Shown here: piece after piece, positions 1 to 9,686 of the stretch | Layout: every line of letters starts with the position of its first letter | Position numbering within the stretch: the stretch's first letter is position 1 | Origin: Candidatus Dojkabacteria bacterium | GTDB taxonomy: Bacteria; Patescibacteriota; Dojkabacteria; SC72; JAHDCA01 | NCBI GenBank assembly: GCA_030583845.1 | Contig: CP129478.1 | Coordinates: 971,686-1,035,685 of the forward strand | Reading direction: 5' to 3' | DNA length: 64,000 bases | Notes under the pieces: model-generated | The model's input: the letters and a program-made list of their open reading frames with translations, nothing else | Databases searched by the model: none | Told to the model about the DNA's origin: nothing | Translations under genes and position numbers: made by a program

Positions 1-733
1 GAAAAATGAGGGCTCGGAAGTAATCATCGAACGGGTCGCCAAATTTCAAGAGAAAGATTTTCATGTAAATATCTCGATAGCAAAGACAAACTGCAAAGAA
101 ACAAGCACACTCAAGGGTGGGATTGAGGACTACTATCAGTGCTATAAATTGTTTGCCGACCGTAAAGTCGGGTCAGCATATGAAATAAATATCTCATGCC
201 CAAATACTTTTGGCGGTGAGCCATTTACAACTCCTGACAAGCTTGATCCACTGCTCGCAAAACTACGAACAGTGAAAACCGATAAGCCGCTTTATATTAA
301 GATGCCTATCAATCTGGACTGGGGTGATTTTGATGCATTGCTTCAAGTAGCGGTTAAGTACAAGGTGAATGGGGTCGTGATAGGGAATCTGACAAAGGTG
401 CGCGATGCCAGGCTTATCAAAGATGAGATTCCGGAGAACATTAAAGGCGGGATTAGCGGAAAACCAACGCAGGAGCTAAGTGACAAGCTTATATACGATA
501 CTTATGCAAAATATGGAAAGGATCTTACAATAGTTGGTGTTGGCGGGATCTTTTCCGCTGAAGATGCATATAGGAAGATCAGGCATGGGGCAAGCCTGGT
601 ACAGCTGATTACAGGGATGATCTATCAGGGTCCGCAGCTGATTGGGAAGATAAACAAAGGGCTTGTTGGTCTTATGCAGGAGGATGGCTACGCTACAATT
701 TCCGAAGCAGTCGGAGCCGATCATCGGCATTAG
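1..733 (+). CDS. pyrD: Dihydroorotate dehydrogenase (class 2-like), 3' portion; the gene starts upstream of the window
   Basis: The frame stays open to the window edge. It carries the 'VNISIAKTN', 'NISCPNT', 'GISGKP', 'GVGGI' and 'GASLVQL' motifs typical of DHODH. Confidence 0.8.
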   Translation, partial: KNEGSEVIIERVAKFQEKDFHVNISIAKTNCKETSTLKGGIEDYYQCYKLFADRKVGSAYEINISCPNTFGGEPFTTPDKLDPLLAKLRTVKTDKPLYIKMPINLDWGDFDALLQVAVKYKVNGVVIGNLTKVRDARLIKDEIPENIKGGISGKPTQELSDKLIYDTYAKYGKDLTIVGVGGIFSAEDAYRKIRHGASLVQLITGMIYQGPQLIGKINKGLVGLMQEDGYATISEAVGADHRH

Positions 734-869
734 GCAAGTTGCACTTTGCAAGTGCGACTTCGCGAAGGCGGAGTTTGTTTGACATTCGACTGTTTCATGC
801 ACAGAGTTGTTCTCACAATATGCAAATGCTATCTTAAATAACTGCTTAAAATCTTGTGGATCGACCTAA

Positions 870-1532
870 ATGAAACTAATGCCTAAACGAATTGCTACGC
901 TTCAGTTTAACAAAATCATCCTTTACCTCACCTACTCAGACATTGTAATCCTCTCCGCATGGGGGCTTATCAATCCATTTATCCAGCTCTACATGGCAGA
1001 GGAGATTAATGGCGGTACTATAGCTGCTGCAGGGTTCGCTACAACAATATTTCTTGTATTTAAAAGTGTTTTTCAGATGCCGGTCGCAAAGAGGCTTGAT
1101 GCCAATGGTGGAGAGTATGATGATTATAAATACCTTGTAGGAGGCTCATTATTAGTTGCATGGACTGCATTCCTTTTTGCTTTTGCCACAGAAGTATGGC
1201 ATGTCTATGTGATACAGGCGCTTTCAGGCTTCGCATTAGCCCTCACATTTCCGTCTTTCAACGCCATATTTACACGTCACCTCGGTAAGAATCAGGAAGC
1301 GATGGGGTGGGGGTTCTACGATACGATTGTTGGCTTGGGAACCGCATTAACCGCAGCTCTCGGTGGCTTAATGATTCAATATTTCAACTATCGAGCGATA
1401 TTTATGCTCGTGGCTATTGCTTCTGTGCTTGGAACGCTATACATCGTCGCGATCAAGGACAGCCTCTATGACTTTGAGGTCAAGAAAGGATTTAAAGGGC
1501 AAGCGAATTCCCTAAAAGGTGACAAAGCTTAG
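870..1532 (+). CDS. Integral membrane protein of about 6 TM, possibly a half-size MFS-like transporter
   Basis: Hydrophobic 220-aa ORF with several predicted TM helices; no catalytic motif recognised. Confidence 0.45.
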   Translation: MKLMPKRIATLQFNKIILYLTYSDIVILSAWGLINPFIQLYMAEEINGGTIAAAGFATTIFLVFKSVFQMPVAKRLDANGGEYDDYKYLVGGSLLVAWTAFLFAFATEVWHVYVIQALSGFALALTFPSFNAIFTRHLGKNQEAMGWGFYDTIVGLGTALTAALGGLMIQYFNYRAIFMLVAIASVLGTLYIVAIKDSLYDFEVKKGFKGQANSLKGDKA

Positions 1533-3295
1533 GCAAGCTCAAACTTCTTAAGCAGCTTCTTATTTCCCTCGATCTGGTATTGCAGCAGATCAGCATAGAT
1601 ACCTGGCTTAGTTGATAGCTCCTGGGGATTACCGATTGCCTCGATACCCTTATTGTTTAGCACGATTACTTTGTTGGCGTTCTGGATGGTTGAGAAGCGG
1701 TGAGCAATTACGATTACCATTCTGCCCTCTACCAATCGATCTACTGCCTCGCTTACCTCACTCTCGGACTTGGCGTCGAGGCTTGAAGTTGCCTCGTCTA
1801 GGATCAATATAGGCGCATCCTTGTAGATAGCGCGTGCAACCTGGATTCGCTGCTTCTGTCCACCTGAGAGGCGGATACCGCGTTCACCAACCTCGGCGTT
1901 GATTCCGCCCTTCAGGTTGGATACAAACTCCCAAGCATTAGCTTTCTTCAGCGCATCAACCACTTTGTCGTCGTCCAGCTTAGATCCGTATGCTACATTT
2001 TCTTTTATTGTAGTTGAGAAGAGCTCGCTAGCCTGGAATACAAGCGCGATATTCTCACGGACAAACTTGTGTGAAAGCTTGCTATACTGCTGGTCGTTGA
2101 GGTAGATCTCTCCCTCTGTTGGCTCATACAGCTTGAGCAGGAGATTGGCAATCGTAGTCTTGCCAGCACCGCTTGGGCCGACTAGGGCTACCATCTCATT
2201 GTGCCCAATTGAGAATGACACTTTATCCAATACTTTCTCGGAGGTGTCGTACTTAAATGAAACTTTATCAAACCTAATTTCTGGTTTCTCCACCAATTTT
2301 ACCTTTTCGTTGCCGTCAAAGTCCTCACTTGTTGGGAGATTAATGATCTCGATAAACTCTTTTGATCCTGATTCAATTGCCTGAATCTGCTCTAATATAT
2401 ATGACATGCCGAATAGCGGATATCTAGCTCGCTCAACAAGCTGCATAAGCACGATTACAGTACCAACGGTGATTACACCGATCAGGGCGTTATAGAAGAT
2501 GATTAAGCTAGTGGCGAAAAGCACCAGATAGAGCGATGTCTCACGCACGAAGTCGATTGCGTGGTACTCGTTGCTCTGTTTCCAGATAATCTTGTTAATC
2601 CCGGCTAGATAGCCAGAAACCAAGCCGTACTCTTTCGGCTCATTAGTGTAGCTTTTAACCAGCCTAATGTTGCTGATTGACTCCTGAATTCTTGATCGTG
2701 ATTGATCCTCTATCTTATTCTTCTTCTCTTCCCGCTTGCCCCAGCGCTTAGTCGAGTAGCGGCTAATTGCAGTGTAGATAGGGATAATAGCAACCATGAG
2801 CAATCCAAGCGCCAGGTTATAGTAGATCAAGATTCCGATAACGATCACACCTTGCAAGAAAGTTGGGATAATAAAATTTGTAGATACATTAACAAAGCCC
2901 TGGATTGAGACAATTCCGCGGCTGAGCTGACTCAATATTTTGCCTGACATTTCCGAGTCGTAGTAAGACTGAGGGAGTGAGAGTGCTTTCTTGTAGAAGA
3001 TCTCGGTCAGGTGCTTGCGTAGATGGCCTCCTAGGTGGTCACCAAGTCTCTGTCCTACTGATCGGATCACTAGGTATACAAGCGTGGAGAAAAGCGAAAT
3101 CGAGATAAGCCGTATGAGCTCTGTGTAAACTTTATCTTCTGCTCCTACCTGCTGGATTACTTCGTCAAGTATCTTTCCTGAGAGTAGTGGTGTAACGAGC
3201 TCGAAGAGAGTGCCCACTACGAGGAGAAGTGTGAGGGCAATCATAAGGCCGTGGAGTGGCTTTGAGAGTCTTAGAAGTGCGAATAGGTTTTTCAT
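1529..3295 (-). CDS. ABC transporter with fused permease and ATP-binding domains (MsbA/lipid-A-exporter-like)
   Basis: N-terminal 6-TM domain. Walker A 'GPSGAGKTT', ABC signature 'LSGGQKQR' and Walker B 'ILILDEATS'. Confidence 0.9.
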   Translation of the reverse strand: MKNLFALLRLSKPLHGLMIALTLLLVVGTLFELVTPLLSGKILDEVIQQVGAEDKVYTELIRLISISLFSTLVYLVIRSVGQRLGDHLGGHLRKHLTEIFYKKALSLPQSYYDSEMSGKILSQLSRGIVSIQGFVNVSTNFIIPTFLQGVIVIGILIYYNLALGLLMVAIIPIYTAISRYSTKRWGKREEKKNKIEDQSRSRIQESISNIRLVKSYTNEPKEYGLVSGYLAGINKIIWKQSNEYHAIDFVRETSLYLVLFATSLIIFYNALIGVITVGTVIVLMQLVERARYPLFGMSYILEQIQAIESGSKEFIEIINLPTSEDFDGNEKVKLVEKPEIRFDKVSFKYDTSEKVLDKVSFSIGHNEMVALVGPSGAGKTTIANLLLKLYEPTEGEIYLNDQQYSKLSHKFVRENIALVFQASELFSTTIKENVAYGSKLDDDKVVDALKKANAWEFVSNLKGGINAEVGERGIRLSGGQKQRIQVARAIYKDAPILILDEATSSLDAKSESEVSEAVDRLVEGRMVIVIAHRFSTIQNANKVIVLNNKGIEAIGNPQELSTKPGIYADLLQYQIEGNKKLLKKFELA

Positions 3296-3314
3296 GTTGT
3301 TCTATATATTCAAT

Positions 3315-3770
3315 TTAACTAACAGATCTATGTTTGAGGGGCTCGTAATCCCTCTCAAATATCTCTCCATTAACAATCCAGAAGGCATAACCATTAAATA
3401 CCAAGTAATCGCCAAGCCTACCTATCTGTGTAGTATTTGACACTGTCACTTCAAAGTCCTCCTTCATTTTCTGCGCAGTTACTGGCTTCTTACTCTTTAC
3501 AAGTAAGTATTCATTCTCCTCTCCAATTACTTTCTTGTTCTCTTTGAACGAAATAGCTGAAATCACCCAATAGTCCACTTCATTAATATCAGTTGCAATA
3601 TACCCTCCTAGTTTAAGCTCAACTGGCCCCTCATTTGTATGGATAAGTCCGTTAAATTCTCTCAATACTTTCGGTGTAATTTCTTTAACCTTTGTGATGG
3701 ACTTCTTAATGTACTTATCACCGGACTTTTCCAAGAAAAGCTTGTATTTTTCATAGCTGTATTTTCTCAT
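3315..3770 (-). CDS. Hypothetical protein
   Basis: 151-aa ORF in a compact minus-strand arrangement; no motif recognised. Confidence 0.45.
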   Translation of the reverse strand: MRKYSYEKYKLFLEKSGDKYIKKSITKVKEITPKVLREFNGLIHTNEGPVELKLGGYIATDINEVDYWVISAISFKENKKVIGEENEYLLVKSKKPVTAQKMKEDFEVTVSNTTQIGRLGDYLVFNGYAFWIVNGEIFERDYEPLKHRSVS

Positions 3771-4026
3771 TCTCTTGTGTCACTAGGCTTAAGTTCTAAC
3801 CCTTTTCCTTATTCGCTTACAGCTGGTGTGACACTTCTCTTGGTGTCGGGGAAGGCGTGCATGCTGTTCACTTCGTTCACAGTGCACGACATCACTACTT
3901 CAAGCTGCTCATTTCATTCGCAGTGAAGTAAGTGACACGACTTGTCACTGCCTCCTTTGGAGTGCAGCTTCAACACTAGTCTCCATGGTCTAGAAACGAG
4001 CACCTTCGGTGTTCATTTCTAGACCA

Positions 4027-4044
4027 TCGGGGAAACAGGACTTG
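4027..4044. repeat. Exact 18-nt duplicate of the tRNA-Pro(CGG) 3' end (T-arm/acceptor), 155 bp beyond the gene
   Basis: 'tcggggaaacaggacttg' occurs at 4027-4044 and within the tRNA at 4182-4199. Confidence 0.8.
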
Positions 4045-4178
4045 GCTCTGCATCCCCCGGCTTAAGCTCATTTCGTCGCTTAGCTCCTCATTCGCTAACA
4101 GCCGACGTAAACCTGCTCCGCAGTTTCCGCGCATGTCTCCACCCATTTACCAAAATAGTGCAACACTATTTTGGTAAA

Positions 4179-4255
4179 TGGTCGGGGAAACAGGACTTGA
4201 ACCTGCGACCTCAGCTACCCGAAAGCTGCGCTCTAGCCATCTGAGCTACTCCCGA
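4179..4255 (-). tRNA. tRNA-Pro (anticodon CGG) with an acceptor-stem irregularity; possibly degenerate or a homopolymer error
   Basis: Hand-folded cloverleaf. D-arm TAGCTCAGATGGCTAGAGC, anticodon stem/loop CAGCT-TTCGGGT-AGCTG and T-arm GCAGGTTCAAGTCCTGT. The 5' acceptor is TCGGGAG versus 3' TTCCCCG, giving a C:C mismatch at 2:71, probably one G missing relative to its paralog at 11471-11547. Confidence 0.6.
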
Positions 4256-4407
4256 GTATTCAACATTAAGCAACTGAGTTCTACTACAGTTGCGCGATCT
4301 TGGCTTACGAGGCAATCCTCGTAGAGGACTCCCGAGTGCACCCAAAAACACTCCCAAAAGACCTCACCACTAGAGATTTTAGCATAAAGACGGGCTAAAT
4401 GTCGCTT

Positions 4408-5505
4408 CTATCCAATCAAGATGCTGTGTAGCTGCTTGATAAATTCAACAACCACAGCCGAAGGAAGTAGGCTCACTGACTCGATACCATTGTCGTCGAT
4501 CATGATCCACTCCTTCTGCTCGACGGTTATATCTTTGCCCTTGCCAGAATAAACATACTCTTTTGTTATCTCAAAATCGTCAACCATCTCACCTACAATA
4601 TCAAGCGGTACAGCGTTGCGAAGCAGGACTTTTGGCACGCCGTGTAGCCCAAATGCCTTGCGAATTAGCTCATCATCCATAACCAACCGATCCTTGATTA
4701 CCTCTATTCCCTTGTCATCTCCCTCTTTGCCAACCATTCTGTGTGGCTCGCACTCAGGGTTGTCACATTTAATGAAATACTCATTGTTTTCCTCGTCATA
4801 CTCAATCAGACTAGTTGGAAAAAGAGTCAGGTGCCTTGAGCTGTTGCATACCGGACAGATTCTCCTGAATTTTATTCTTTCATTAATAACTGCTTCAGGC
4901 AGGTCAATCAGCACAAAGATGTCAGGGTCGTTTCTATAGTTAATCAGATCCCTAAAATATAATGAATATGAGATCTGATCCATATTTCTAGGGAATCCAT
5001 CGATAAAGAGGTTTACACGACCAGCAAGCTCGATCTCGCGCTTCACCAGTGCGAGGATAAACTCTGTAGGGAGAAGTGTTGATGTATCGCGGTTAATAAA
5101 CGCTTCAAATGCCTCCTCAAGCGGGATGAAGCCACGGTAGTTTTTCTCAAGATAGTTAAATAGCTCATCCTTAGCCTTCTGATCATCTTTTACCTGGTCA
5201 GTAGCTCTTACAAGGTCACCAACAGAGAGGTGCTTGATAAGATCCGAGCCAAAAATTTCGGCTAGCAGCTTTGTATATGTACCTTTGCCTGCCATCTTCT
5301 TACCAAGTAGGTAGGCGACGAAAGTATTGTCGCGGAAATAATCCTTTAACTCGGCAATCTCTTTCGGAACTTTTTCTTGGAAATACACCTTGCGCTCGGC
5401 GGGATCAGTGAGATCAAACTCTCTTGATGATTTAGGTGGCTTAGTCTTGACGATTGGAAAATCGATACCTTTCATGTCGTGTAAAGTTGAGAACTTACTG
5501 CGCAC
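4408..5505 (-). CDS. Adenylate kinase-family protein (NMP kinase), unusually long at 365 aa with N- and C-terminal extensions
   Basis: P-loop 'GKKMAGKGT', NMP-binding 'IDGFPRN', a LID-like Cys cluster 'CPVC...CDNPEC' and 'DRLVMDD'. Normal Adk is about 215 aa. Confidence 0.65.
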   Translation of the reverse strand: MRSKFSTLHDMKGIDFPIVKTKPPKSSREFDLTDPAERKVYFQEKVPKEIAELKDYFRDNTFVAYLLGKKMAGKGTYTKLLAEIFGSDLIKHLSVGDLVRATDQVKDDQKAKDELFNYLEKNYRGFIPLEEAFEAFINRDTSTLLPTEFILALVKREIELAGRVNLFIDGFPRNMDQISYSLYFRDLINYRNDPDIFVLIDLPEAVINERIKFRRICPVCNSSRHLTLFPTSLIEYDEENNEYFIKCDNPECEPHRMVGKEGDDKGIEVIKDRLVMDDELIRKAFGLHGVPKVLLRNAVPLDIVGEMVDDFEITKEYVYSGKGKDITVEQKEWIMIDDNGIESVSLLPSAVVVEFIKQLHSILIG

Positions 5506-5598
5506 ATTATATTTGTAATTGTAGCTTTGTCAAAATCATATATCATTCCCCTTATCTATGCTAAAATCCTGCTTTCGGTAATAATTGATACACTTTTA

Positions 5599-6186
5599 AT
5601 GAAAATAGGAATACAGGGTGGTGAAGGAAGCTTCAACCACTCAGCAGCATTAAAATATATATCGGAAAACGGCATCAAAAATGCTAAGATTGAATATCTG
5701 TATACATCGGAGCGAGTCTTGGCTGCCCTGGAGGCGGGGGAGGTTGATTTAGGATTGTTTGCGATATTTAATACTCTCGGTGGTGTCGTTGAGGAAAGTG
5801 CAGAGGCGATCGGCAAGCACGATTTTCAGTATGTCGATACGCTTTCCCTTCAGATCAGGCATTTCTTGATGTGCTCGCACGAGTGCTCAGCAGCAGACCT
5901 CAAGACGATCTATGCCCATCCACAGGTGTTTATCCAGTGCGCGCTGACACTGGGGAAACGGTATGCATCGGTTGAGCTCCGTTCGGGCGATGGCGAGATG
6001 ATTGATACCGCAAGAGCAGCCCAGGCCTTGGCATCTGGAGAGCTTGATAAGCATTGCGCGATCTTAGGAAACAAAGATATGGCAGAGATTTACGGCTTGA
6101 AAATTGTGGACGAGGATCTTCAGGACAGAGAAGATAACAATACACATTTTCTTATTGTCCGACCCCTTAAGCAGCTAAAAGCATAG
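5599..6186 (+). CDS. pheA: Prephenate dehydratase catalytic (PDT) domain protein lacking an ACT domain. The start is moved to the internal ATG at 5599.
   Basis: 'MKIGIQGGEGSFNHSAA' resembles the PDT N-terminus 'IAYQGxxGAYSHxAA'. The 24 aa upstream in the ORF-track model are hydrophobic and unlikely to be coding. Confidence 0.65.
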   Translation: MKIGIQGGEGSFNHSAALKYISENGIKNAKIEYLYTSERVLAALEAGEVDLGLFAIFNTLGGVVEESAEAIGKHDFQYVDTLSLQIRHFLMCSHECSAADLKTIYAHPQVFIQCALTLGKRYASVELRSGDGEMIDTARAAQALASGELDKHCAILGNKDMAEIYGLKIVDEDLQDREDNNTHFLIVRPLKQLKA

Positions 6187-6223
6187 CCCAAGCCATTGGA
6201 CTTTGTTACAATGATGCGAAGAG

Positions 6224-7180
6224 ATGGATCTACTGCTTAAACTCACAGGGATAGTAATACTGCTCTTGCTCATGATAAAGAGCGCAGGGGTAATTCGTTC
6301 GTCACTAGTCTCACTTTCTTACCGTACACGGATCAACTATTTCATAAGTGGGTTTGTATTACTGTCATTTGCATCAAGTCTCCCCGAATTTTCAATCGCC
6401 ATAAGCTCAGCCAGCCAGGATGTACCACAGCTTTCAGTGGGGAATCTATTCGGTGCAACATTGTTTTTGATGACTGTAACTGTTGGCGCGCTGGCAATAA
6501 AGCACCGCTCAATACCCTTTAAGACTATGTTTGGCAGGCGGGAAGTGATTATGTCTCTTCTCCTCATCTTTATGATGGCTGTTGTGGTTATCGACAAAAA
6601 TCTTAGCAAAGCCGACGGAGTAATCTTAATCTCAGCCTATGTGGGACTGATACTGTACCTATTATTTAAGACTAAGCGGGCAAATGACCTAAACCCGCAG
6701 CACACGAAAATAGCAAATAGTAAGTTAATACTTCTCACCATAAAGATGGTTATAGGTGTAACGGTCTTAATTGTGGCATCAAACTTCCTCGTGAATCAGG
6801 TCGTTGATGTAGCTTCAATTCTGAAAATACCAGAGGTGTTGGTTGGTATCCTTATTCTTGGTATTGGCACAAACACTCCTGAGCTAGTTGTAGCACTAAC
6901 AAGCAGCGCCACCAATGAGAATAAAATTGCAGCTGGAAACGTCCTTGGTAGTGCAACTACTAATGTAGCGATATTGGGTCTTGTAGCGATTTTAAGTCCT
7001 TATCAGCTCAATGGTTCAAGCACAATTCTTGTCGTGTCGATTATCCTGACAGTAACATGCCTAATACTAGGCTATTTCGCTTGGACCGATAAGCGTATTG
7101 TGCGCTGGGAGGGTATTGCACTTGTTTTTCTCTATCTCATTATGTTTGTTTACAGCTTGAATAAAGTGATACATTTTTGA
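6224..7180 (+). CDS. CaCA-family Na+/Ca2+ exchanger-like membrane protein (YrbG-like)
   Basis: Two internal repeat motifs, 'SLPEFSIAISSA' and 'GTNTPELVVALTS' (alpha-repeats of the CaCA family), in about 10 TM. Confidence 0.7.
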   Translation: MDLLLKLTGIVILLLLMIKSAGVIRSSLVSLSYRTRINYFISGFVLLSFASSLPEFSIAISSASQDVPQLSVGNLFGATLFLMTVTVGALAIKHRSIPFKTMFGRREVIMSLLLIFMMAVVVIDKNLSKADGVILISAYVGLILYLLFKTKRANDLNPQHTKIANSKLILLTIKMVIGVTVLIVASNFLVNQVVDVASILKIPEVLVGILILGIGTNTPELVVALTSSATNENKIAAGNVLGSATTNVAILGLVAILSPYQLNGSSTILVVSIILTVTCLILGYFAWTDKRIVRWEGIALVFLYLIMFVYSLNKVIHF

Positions 7181-7181
7181 T

Positions 7182-8678
7182 ATGGATCAGTCACAAAAGA
7201 ATGTGTTAGTCCAGGAGAGAGTTGTGTCGCCTCTATCATTGTTGGTGAATCAGCTTAAATCACCGCTGGTTTTTGTGCTCATATTTGCCGCACTGATAAC
7301 CACGGCTCTTGCTGAATATGTCGACACACTATTTATCTTGGTAGCGATTGCGATAAACAGTGCACTCGGTTTCTATCAAGAATACAAGGCTGAAAATACT
7401 TTGCAACAGCTTAAAAAACTGATCAATCCTAAAGCAGTTATTGTGCGCAACGGTAAGAAGTTCACGATAGAGTTGGCCGAGGTGATGGTAGGTGATATAG
7501 CTGAGCTTACCATAGAGCATCAGATTCCTGCCGATGGCGAGTTAGTAGAAGCGATGGGACTGACCGTGAATGAGGCTATATTGACCGGTGAATCCGTGCC
7601 AGTGCACAAATCACACGGCGATATGATCTATGCAGGGACAAGACTGCTGACTGGGCATGGATATATGAAAGTGAAATCGATTGGAGGCAATACTAGCATC
7701 GGGAAAATCGGAGCCAGTGTATCGTCAATTAGCGATACAAAGACACCTTTGCAGCATCAGCTCGGGAAGCTTGCGAGATATCTCTCGATTATTGCCGCAC
7801 TTTGTGCCGCACTGCTTTTCCTTGTCGGCTTGCTATATGGGTATGAGCTCAGCGAGATATCGACTACTGCCGTAGCCGTAGCTGTAGCATCAATCCCGGA
7901 GGGACTAGTTGTCACGCTAACAGTAATTTTAGCGGTTGGGATGCAGAAGGTGTCCAAGCAGCAGGCTATCGTGAGAAAGCTTCTCGCAGCCGAGACGTTA
8001 GGCTCTGTTACAACAGTATGCGTAGATAAGACCGGTACAGTAACAGAGGGGGTCTTAAACGTGGTACAAGAGGATTTTATAGACAATGATCTTGCGTACA
8101 GAAGCATTAGATTGTCAGAGAATGGCTCTGATCCTCTTGAAATTGCCATGAGGCAGTGGTTGGAAAAGAAACATAGCTCACAGGTTGTATCGGGGTCATG
8201 GGAAGTGAGCGAGAAAGTGGTCGATGGCATACCATTTAACAGCAAGCAAAAGTACACTGCACTACTTGGTGAGTCGTCTGGAGGGAAAATTCTATATCTA
8301 TTTGGAGCTCCCGAGGTGCTATTGGATAAATCTACTATCGATAAAAATAGCCGTGAGTTGTGGGAGGCACGTATTGCTGAGTATGCCTCCAAAGGGAAGA
8401 AAGTTATTGGTTTCGCCCACAAAGAGTACAAAGAGAATAAAAAGTTGAGCAAGAAAGATATAAGTCAGCTTGAGTGGAACGGTCTGCTCGCCCTTGATGA
8501 CCCGATCAGGCAAGGAGTGATTGAGTCTATAAGGGAGTGTCAGTCTGCTGGGATTAATTTCAAGATGATTACTGGAGATTATCTTGAGACTGGAATCGCG
8601 GTTATGAAACAGCTTGGCTTGCTTGATGAGAGCGATCATGCTCGCAGATGGCACCGCGATAACAGGTGTAGAGCTTAA
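7182..8678 (+). CDS. P-type cation-transporting ATPase, N-terminal fragment (phosphorylation domain); interrupted gene
   Basis: Phosphorylation motif 'CVDKTGTVTEG' and TM segments. It ends in out-of-frame residues after 'LGLLDESDHA'. Confidence 0.7.
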   Translation: MDQSQKNVLVQERVVSPLSLLVNQLKSPLVFVLIFAALITTALAEYVDTLFILVAIAINSALGFYQEYKAENTLQQLKKLINPKAVIVRNGKKFTIELAEVMVGDIAELTIEHQIPADGELVEAMGLTVNEAILTGESVPVHKSHGDMIYAGTRLLTGHGYMKVKSIGGNTSIGKIGASVSSISDTKTPLQHQLGKLARYLSIIAALCAALLFLVGLLYGYELSEISTTAVAVAVASIPEGLVVTLTVILAVGMQKVSKQQAIVRKLLAAETLGSVTTVCVDKTGTVTEGVLNVVQEDFIDNDLAYRSIRLSENGSDPLEIAMRQWLEKKHSSQVVSGSWEVSEKVVDGIPFNSKQKYTALLGESSGGKILYLFGAPEVLLDKSTIDKNSRELWEARIAEYASKGKKVIGFAHKEYKENKKLSKKDISQLEWNGLLALDDPIRQGVIESIRECQSAGINFKMITGDYLETGIAVMKQLGLLDESDHARRWHRDNRCRA

Positions 8679-9612
8679 AAAGCTCTCCGATGATGAGCTC
8701 CGGTCTCGTGTGGGGAAGATCATACTTTTTGCTAGAACTGACCCGATACAGAAATTGCGAATAGTAGAAGCTCTACGAGCGAATGGTGAGGTAATAGCTA
8801 TGACAGGCGATGGGGTAAACGACTCCCCAGCACTTAAATCTGCGGATATTGGGATCGTCGTGAAAGATGCGTCAGATATATCAAAAGAGGTGGCAGATAT
8901 GGTGCTCCTGGATTCAAACTTTGGGACAATCGTCAGGGCGGTCGAGGAGGGTCGTGCCATGTTCGATAATATTAAGAAAACCGTCATGTATCTGCTTATA
9001 GGAAGCTTTAGTGAGCTGATTCTTGTCATGGGAGCTATATTGCTACAGCTACCACTTCCGATTACTGCTCTGCAGATATTGTGGGTGAACCTAGTCGAAG
9101 ACGCACTGCCTGCATTATCTTTGGCATTTGAGCCAAAGGAGGGCGATCTATTAAAACAGCCACCGAGGAGCAAGAATGAGCATATCTTGGATCGCCAGAT
9201 GTTAAAGATTATTGCACTATTTGTATTAATCGCGGATGCTATGATCTTTTTAATTTTCTACTACCTACATAGAGAAAGTGTGAGCGTTGAGCTAATGCGA
9301 ACGGTAGTATTTGTAGGTGTAGGAATCAACTCTCTTTTCTATATTTTCGCCTGCAAATCCTTGCGTCACACAATTTTCAGCTACAATCCTTTCTCAAACA
9401 GGTTTATGGTTTTGTCAGTGTTAATTGGGATTGGCGCATTGATTGTAGGTGTACAGATGCCGATATTTAATTTGGTATTAGGCACAGTGCCGCTTTCGTT
9501 GGGTTATTGGACTTCCCTGTTTGGCCTTGGGCTGCTTAACTTGCTTTTGTTCGAGGTGATAAAGGTTTGGGTAAATCGTGGGAACCGTTCGACAGAAATG
9601 CAGTTGAGATAA
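8614..9612 (+). CDS. P-type cation-transporting ATPase, C-terminal fragment after a +1 frameshift
   Basis: 'MTGDGVNDSPALKSADIGI' (hinge motif GDGxNDxPAL) and C-terminal TM helices. It overlaps the upstream fragment over 8614-8678 in a different frame. Confidence 0.7.
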   Translation: MACLMRAIMLADGTAITGVELKKLSDDELRSRVGKIILFARTDPIQKLRIVEALRANGEVIAMTGDGVNDSPALKSADIGIVVKDASDISKEVADMVLLDSNFGTIVRAVEEGRAMFDNIKKTVMYLLIGSFSELILVMGAILLQLPLPITALQILWVNLVEDALPALSLAFEPKEGDLLKQPPRSKNEHILDRQMLKIIALFVLIADAMIFLIFYYLHRESVSVELMRTVVFVGVGINSLFYIFACKSLRHTIFSYNPFSNRFMVLSVLIGIGALIVGVQMPIFNLVLGTVPLSLGYWTSLFGLGLLNLLLFEVIKVWVNRGNRSTEMQLR

Positions 9613-9686
9613 AGCTATATAGACGCTTTCTTAATTAACCGAAGTTCTTAAGGAGTCAAAATTACCGATCTCAGTTCGTAAGTTAA

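Noticed and set aside
476-802. 108-aa minus-strand ORF
   Set aside because: Antisense to the pyrD coding region; it looks like a shadow ORF.
1612-2908. Several 66-83-aa plus-strand ORFs inside the ABC transporter gene
   Set aside because: Antisense to a well-supported CDS, short and of biased composition.
3845-3855. Third 'gtcggggaagg' resembling the tRNA-Pro 3' end
   Set aside because: Only a match of about 9-10 nt, which is within chance expectation for a 64-kb window. It is mentioned only as weak support.
7757-9173. 231-aa and 284-aa minus-strand ORFs
   Set aside because: Antisense to the P-type ATPase. They are Ser/Ala-rich shadow frames with no motifs.
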